Source: a virus | Length of the DNA: 64,000 nt | IMG/VR virus record: IMGVR_UViG_3300028840_003851 | Direction: 5' to 3' (one strand) | Part shown: in pieces, positions 63,209 through 64,000 of the stretch | Numbering within the stretch: position 1 is the first letter of the stretch | Layout of the letters: the number at the start of each line of letters is the position of its first letter | Position numbers and translations under genes: made by a program | The notes under the pieces: generated by a model | Databases searched by the model: none | Seen by the model: only the letters and a program-made list of their open reading frames with translations | Told to the model about the DNA's origin: nothing

Positions 63209-63692
63209 GGCCGTCAGCTCTAACATCCAGCTCGCCGCCACCAGCAAAGCAAGCTACTGGTCTGAGCCCATGGCTAAGCTGGCTGCCGCCTTTGACGAGG
63301 TGTGTCACGTATCCTTAGAGGTTACGGACGAGATACGAAGGTCGCAGGAGGTTAACGCCAAGATGGTTGTTCTGGCGCGTGACCTTACACGTAGGGCACA
63401 CACAGTGACAATTGCCGTGTGCCTCTTCGTTTTGGCAAACCTTTTCCTGACCGCCCTTCTGTACTACCAATCTGCAAGGAAGCTAGACGAGATACAGCGG
63501 GGACAAGTGGCTAAGAGCCACAGCCACCCGGCTTACCTAACGAGCAGGGACCTACCGCCGCCGCCCCCTACCGTTACTGTGACCGTAACGGTGAGCAGCA
63601 AAGCTCCCCTGAGGCACCCTGTCCGTAGACCTCCTGCTGTAGCCCCCAAGCCTACCGCGTCTTCGCCTAAGCCGACTCCAATGTTCGAGTGA
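63150..63692 (+). CDS. Membrane protein with coiled coil, TM and P/T-rich tail
   Basis: TVTIAVCLFVLANLFLTALLYY TM segment; PPPPPTVTVTVTV. Confidence 0.55.
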   Translation: MEKRPGKEESKTENARRRVRAVSSNIQLAATSKASYWSEPMAKLAAAFDEVCHVSLEVTDEIRRSQEVNAKMVVLARDLTRRAHTVTIAVCLFVLANLFLTALLYYQSARKLDEIQRGQVAKSHSHPAYLTSRDLPPPPPTVTVTVTVSSKAPLRHPVRRPPAVAPKPTASSPKPTPMFE

Positions 63693-63701
63693 CAATCGAT
63701 G

Positions 63702-63775
63702 TGCCCAGCGATAGGGTCGAACTCGCAGCATACCGCTTTTGAGGCGGCCTCCTCTGCCTTTTGGGCTAGCTTGGC
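63702..63775 (-). tRNA. tRNA-Leu(CAA), imperfect T-stem
   Basis: GCCAAGC...GCCGC CT-CAA-AA GCGGT...GAG TTCGACC CT...GCTGGGC A; one acceptor mismatch and two T-stem mismatches. Confidence 0.7.
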
Positions 63776-63851
63776 TGGTACCGGGAACAAGAGTCGAACT
63801 TGCACTGAGCTGGTTCTAAGCCAGCTGCCTCTGCCGTTGGGCTACCCCGGC
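63776..63851 (-). tRNA. tRNA-Leu(TAG) with encoded CCA
   Basis: GCCGGGG TA GCCCAACGGCAGAGGC A GCTGG CT-TAG-AA CCAGC TCAGT GCAAG TTCGACT CTTGT TCCCGGT ACCA. Confidence 0.93.
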
Positions 63852-63858
63852 AAAACCT

Positions 63859-63938
63859 TGGGATGCTCCGGGCATCGAACCCGGACGATAGACATCATGA
63901 ATTCTGTTGTGCGTCGTCTACCGGCCCTAGCACATCCC
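63859..63938 (-). tRNA. tRNA-like element (pseudo-tRNA; anticodon arm not well paired)
   Basis: Acceptor GGGATGT/GCATCCC-A and T-arm TCCGGG-TTCGATG-CCCGGA are intact; the central region does not form a standard anticodon stem. Confidence 0.55.
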
Positions 63939-63946
63939 TAAGGCAG

Positions 63947-64000
63947 CTGAGTATGAGGGAATCGAACCCCCTTCTTCAGGTTTGGAGCCTGAGTGCCCAC
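63947..64000 (-). tRNA. tRNA-Trp(CCA), 5' part outside the window
   Basis: TCAGG CT-CCA-AA CCTGA; GGGGG TTCGATT CCCTC; ATACTCA G. Confidence 0.85.

Noticed and set aside
63776-63851. Amber suppressor tRNA or stop-codon recoding
   Set aside because: The anticodon is TAG (reads CTA, Leu), not CTA. Long genes are intact in the standard code and TAG terminates genes at normal boundaries.
215-63941. Numerous short track ORFs antisense to or nested in long genes (e.g. 1560-1931, 10310-10864, 43050-43658, 51914-52810)
   Set aside because: They are shadows of the opposite-strand coding frame, with S/T/P-rich translations, no SD and no motifs.

Overview
This window is a 64-kb internal segment of a large tailed dsDNA bacteriophage genome, read in the standard genetic code. 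It has three leftward virion blocks: about 1-10.9 kb (spike gene plus RNA polymerase), 17.0-22.2 kb (portal/head) and 44.3-59.6 kb (fibre/decoration proteins plus an SNF2 polyprotein). These alternate with rightward blocks: accessory genes with a MoxR/VWA pair at 11-16.8 kb; replication, recombination and nucleotide metabolism at 22.3-44.3 kb; and small accessory genes at 59.6-63.7 kb. A leftward tRNA cluster ends the window. The main candidate system is a self-contained transcription and virion-maturation programme. It includes a single-chain beta-beta' multisubunit-type RNA polymerase (2476 aa, with an intein), coupled to the tail-spike gene. It also includes a recurrent bipartite element (TTAG, 31-32 nt spacing, ATAAGARTA-NTG) at rightward gene heads, a different GGTASRAT motif at the three leftward operon heads, and a K-x-A motif at domain boundaries of virion proteins that may be a protease site. 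Other hidden elements are a 273-nt group I intron splitting PolA, a G GGA AAA -1 frameshift site with a downstream pseudoknot, a ~285-nt tRNA-like structured RNA, and strong apparent GATC avoidance. All family assignments are by eye from motifs; no database searches were run.
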